64,000 bases of DNA, taken from NCBI GenBank assembly GCA_050261235.1, contig JBLNDB010000092.1:18833-82832 (forward strand). The letters run 5' to 3'. Within the stretch, counting starts at the first letter, position 1, and the number at the start of each line of letters is the position of its first letter. The DNA comes from Chloroflexota bacterium (GTDB lineage: Bacteria > Bacillota > Sulfobacillia > JBFLWA01 > JBLNDB01). This document shows, one piece after another, positions 62,650-64,000 of this stretch. The notes beneath the pieces were generated by a model, which saw nothing but the letters and a program-made list of their open reading frames with translations, was not told where the DNA came from and did not search any database. The position numbers and the translations under genes were made by a program.

Positions 62650-64000
62650 TTGGTGTTGCAGCGTGGGATCTGCCGTATCATTGTCGTCGCTCTCATCGTC
62701 GGGCTTTCAGGCGTACCAGTCGCTCGCGCCGAAGACGTCCCGGTCGCCGCCACAGCCTCCGCCGCCCGGACAGGATACAGTGACCAATGGTTCGGACGGA
62801 ACCTGGTTCAACTCTGGTCTTACCCAGCCGGCAGCGCCGTCTACTCGCCGCCGGTCACCGATGGCCGAGCCATCTACGCCGGGTCGGACGGCGGCCGCTT
62901 CTTCGCGCTCGACCCGGCGACCGGCGCTGAACTCTGGTCATATGAGGTCGGCAGCGCGATCAAGGATCCGGCCTGCCTGGCCGGCGACCGAGTGTACTTC
63001 ACTACACTGCGCGGTGACGTCAACGCACTGGCGACGGCCGACGGGACGCCGATCTGGAAGGCCGAGCTGCGGGAGCGCATCGATGCCGGCGTCGCGGCGA
63101 CCGGCGACCGGATCGTCGTGCCCTGCAGCGACGGCATCGTGCGCGGGCTGTCGGCGCTCGATGGCACCACGGTGTGGCAGTACACGATCGGTGTCGGCAC
63201 CCGGCTGCTGTCCACGCCCGCCATCACCGACGGCGTGGTGCTCATCGAGGCCGATGACAGCCTGACAGCGCTTGAACCGCTGACCGGCAGCCTCCTCTGG
63301 CACGTGCCGCTCAGCGGTGAATTCCGGCACTGGCCTGTCATCGCGGGAGACCGCGTCATCACCGCCGGTAGCGGCGACTCGCAGGGCGGTCTGAAAGCGG
63401 TTCGGATTGCCACCGGCGAGGAGCTTGGCGGGTACAAGTATCCGGGGGACAACCACTGGGCCGCGCCGGCTATCGATCCGAGCGACGGCTCGGTGTACGC
63501 CGGACTGGAGGGGGGCGTGTTCCGGTTCTCATCCCAGCTCGGCAGCCCCGTCGCCAGGTGGGACGGCAAACCTGAGGCGAAGTCCGGCAGTAAGCGCTAC
63601 GTCATGTGGCAACCGCTCATTCTTCGCGACCTGATCGTCGTTCCCGGCCATCTTGAGGTCAGCGCTGCCGACGCGCTGTTCTTCTTCAGTCGCGACGGCT
63701 CGCTGAGCTTCCTCGGCGTCCAGCCGCTGCCGGAGAAACTTGCCGCTCCGCCGCTCGTATATGAGAGCGTATTGTACTACGGATCAGTCAGCGGCAATCT
63801 GGTCGCACTGGCGCCGGTGCGGGTGAGGCTGAACGGCTCACTGGTCGACTTCGGACAGAAGCAGCCCCTGAGCCAGCCGAGCGGTCGCGTCATCGTCCCG
63901 GCCCGGGCTGTCGTTGAGGGTGCCGGCGGGACGATCGACTGGGATCCGGTCGCCCGGGTGGCAACCGCGCGGTTCAACGGCCATGTCGTGGCGATGCCGA
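62650..64000 (+). CDS. Secreted PQQ-like beta-propeller repeat protein with C-terminal copper-amine-oxidase N-terminal-like (stalk) domain; 3' end runs past the window
   Basis: Open frame to the window edge, so not in the ORF track. TTG/GTG 9-12 nt after AGGAG. Signal peptide RIIVVALIVGLSGVPVARA. PQQ-type repeats (AGSDGGRFFALDPATGAELWSYEVG, GLSALDGTTVWQY, LEPLTGSLLWH). C-terminal LNGSLVDFGQ...ARFNGHVVAMP. Confidence 0.65.
   Translation, partial: MVLQRGICRIIVVALIVGLSGVPVARAEDVPVAATASAARTGYSDQWFGRNLVQLWSYPAGSAVYSPPVTDGRAIYAGSDGGRFFALDPATGAELWSYEVGSAIKDPACLAGDRVYFTTLRGDVNALATADGTPIWKAELRERIDAGVAATGDRIVVPCSDGIVRGLSALDGTTVWQYTIGVGTRLLSTPAITDGVVLIEADDSLTALEPLTGSLLWHVPLSGEFRHWPVIAGDRVITAGSGDSQGGLKAVRIATGEELGGYKYPGDNHWAAPAIDPSDGSVYAGLEGGVFRFSSQLGSPVARWDGKPEAKSGSKRYVMWQPLILRDLIVVPGHLEVSAADALFFFSRDGSLSFLGVQPLPEKLAAPPLVYESVLYYGSVSGNLVALAPVRVRLNGSLVDFGQKQPLSQPSGRVIVPARAVVEGAGGTIDWDPVARVATARFNGHVVAMP

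Noticed and set aside
62504-63569. ORFs 62504..63265 (+) and 62874..63569 (-)
   Set aside because: Wrong frames of the PQQ-repeat protein gene. The translations are Ser/Arg/Pro junk, whereas the +2 frame gives clean PQQ repeats.

Overview
This window is a high-GC (about 65-70% by eye) chromosomal segment whose genes lie almost all on the + strand. It reproduces core Bacillus subtilis synteny. A high-GC spore-forming Bacillota lineage (Symbiobacterium- or Limnochordia-like) is a guess from GC content and gene order only.

Conserved blocks, in order:
- dprA-topA-trmFO-xerC-hslV-hslU-codY
- rpsB-tsf-pyrH-frr-uppS-cdsA-dxr-rseP-ispG-(T-box)-proS-[GT2, mgtC]-polC
- rimP-nusA-ylxR-infB-rbfA-nrnA-truB-ribF-rpsO-pnp-nfo-M16 peptidase
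- ymxH-[yflT-like, dapB]-dpaA-dpaB-asd-dapG-dapA-rnj-tepA-ylzJ-[hypothetical]-uppP-ftsK/spoIIIE
- a partial secreted PQQ beta-propeller protein at the 3' edge

Non-core content:
- Window start: a divergent sporulation-like pair on the minus strand (a partial YheC/YheD-like ATP-grasp gene and an acidic-tail protein).
- An orphan lipoprotein substrate-binding protein (SBP) followed by a translationally coupled pair of unknown function (an ASKHA GlmL/MutL-like protein plus a partner with an N-terminal barrel-sandwich domain).
- A roughly 3.9 kb insertion between the M16 peptidase and ymxH. It holds a basic 124-aa protein, a tandem array of six paralogous tiny transmembrane peptide genes (four are under 60 aa and absent from the ORF track), a convergent coiled-coil protein, and a signal-peptide-less subtilisin-like protease.

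Many ORF-track starts are too far upstream in this GC-rich DNA and were trimmed using Shine-Dalgarno positions and homolog N-termini. Numerous antisense or out-of-frame ORFs are GC artefacts. No CRISPR arrays, rRNA/tRNA genes or obvious transposases were seen. Everything is inferred from sequence reading alone; no searches were run.
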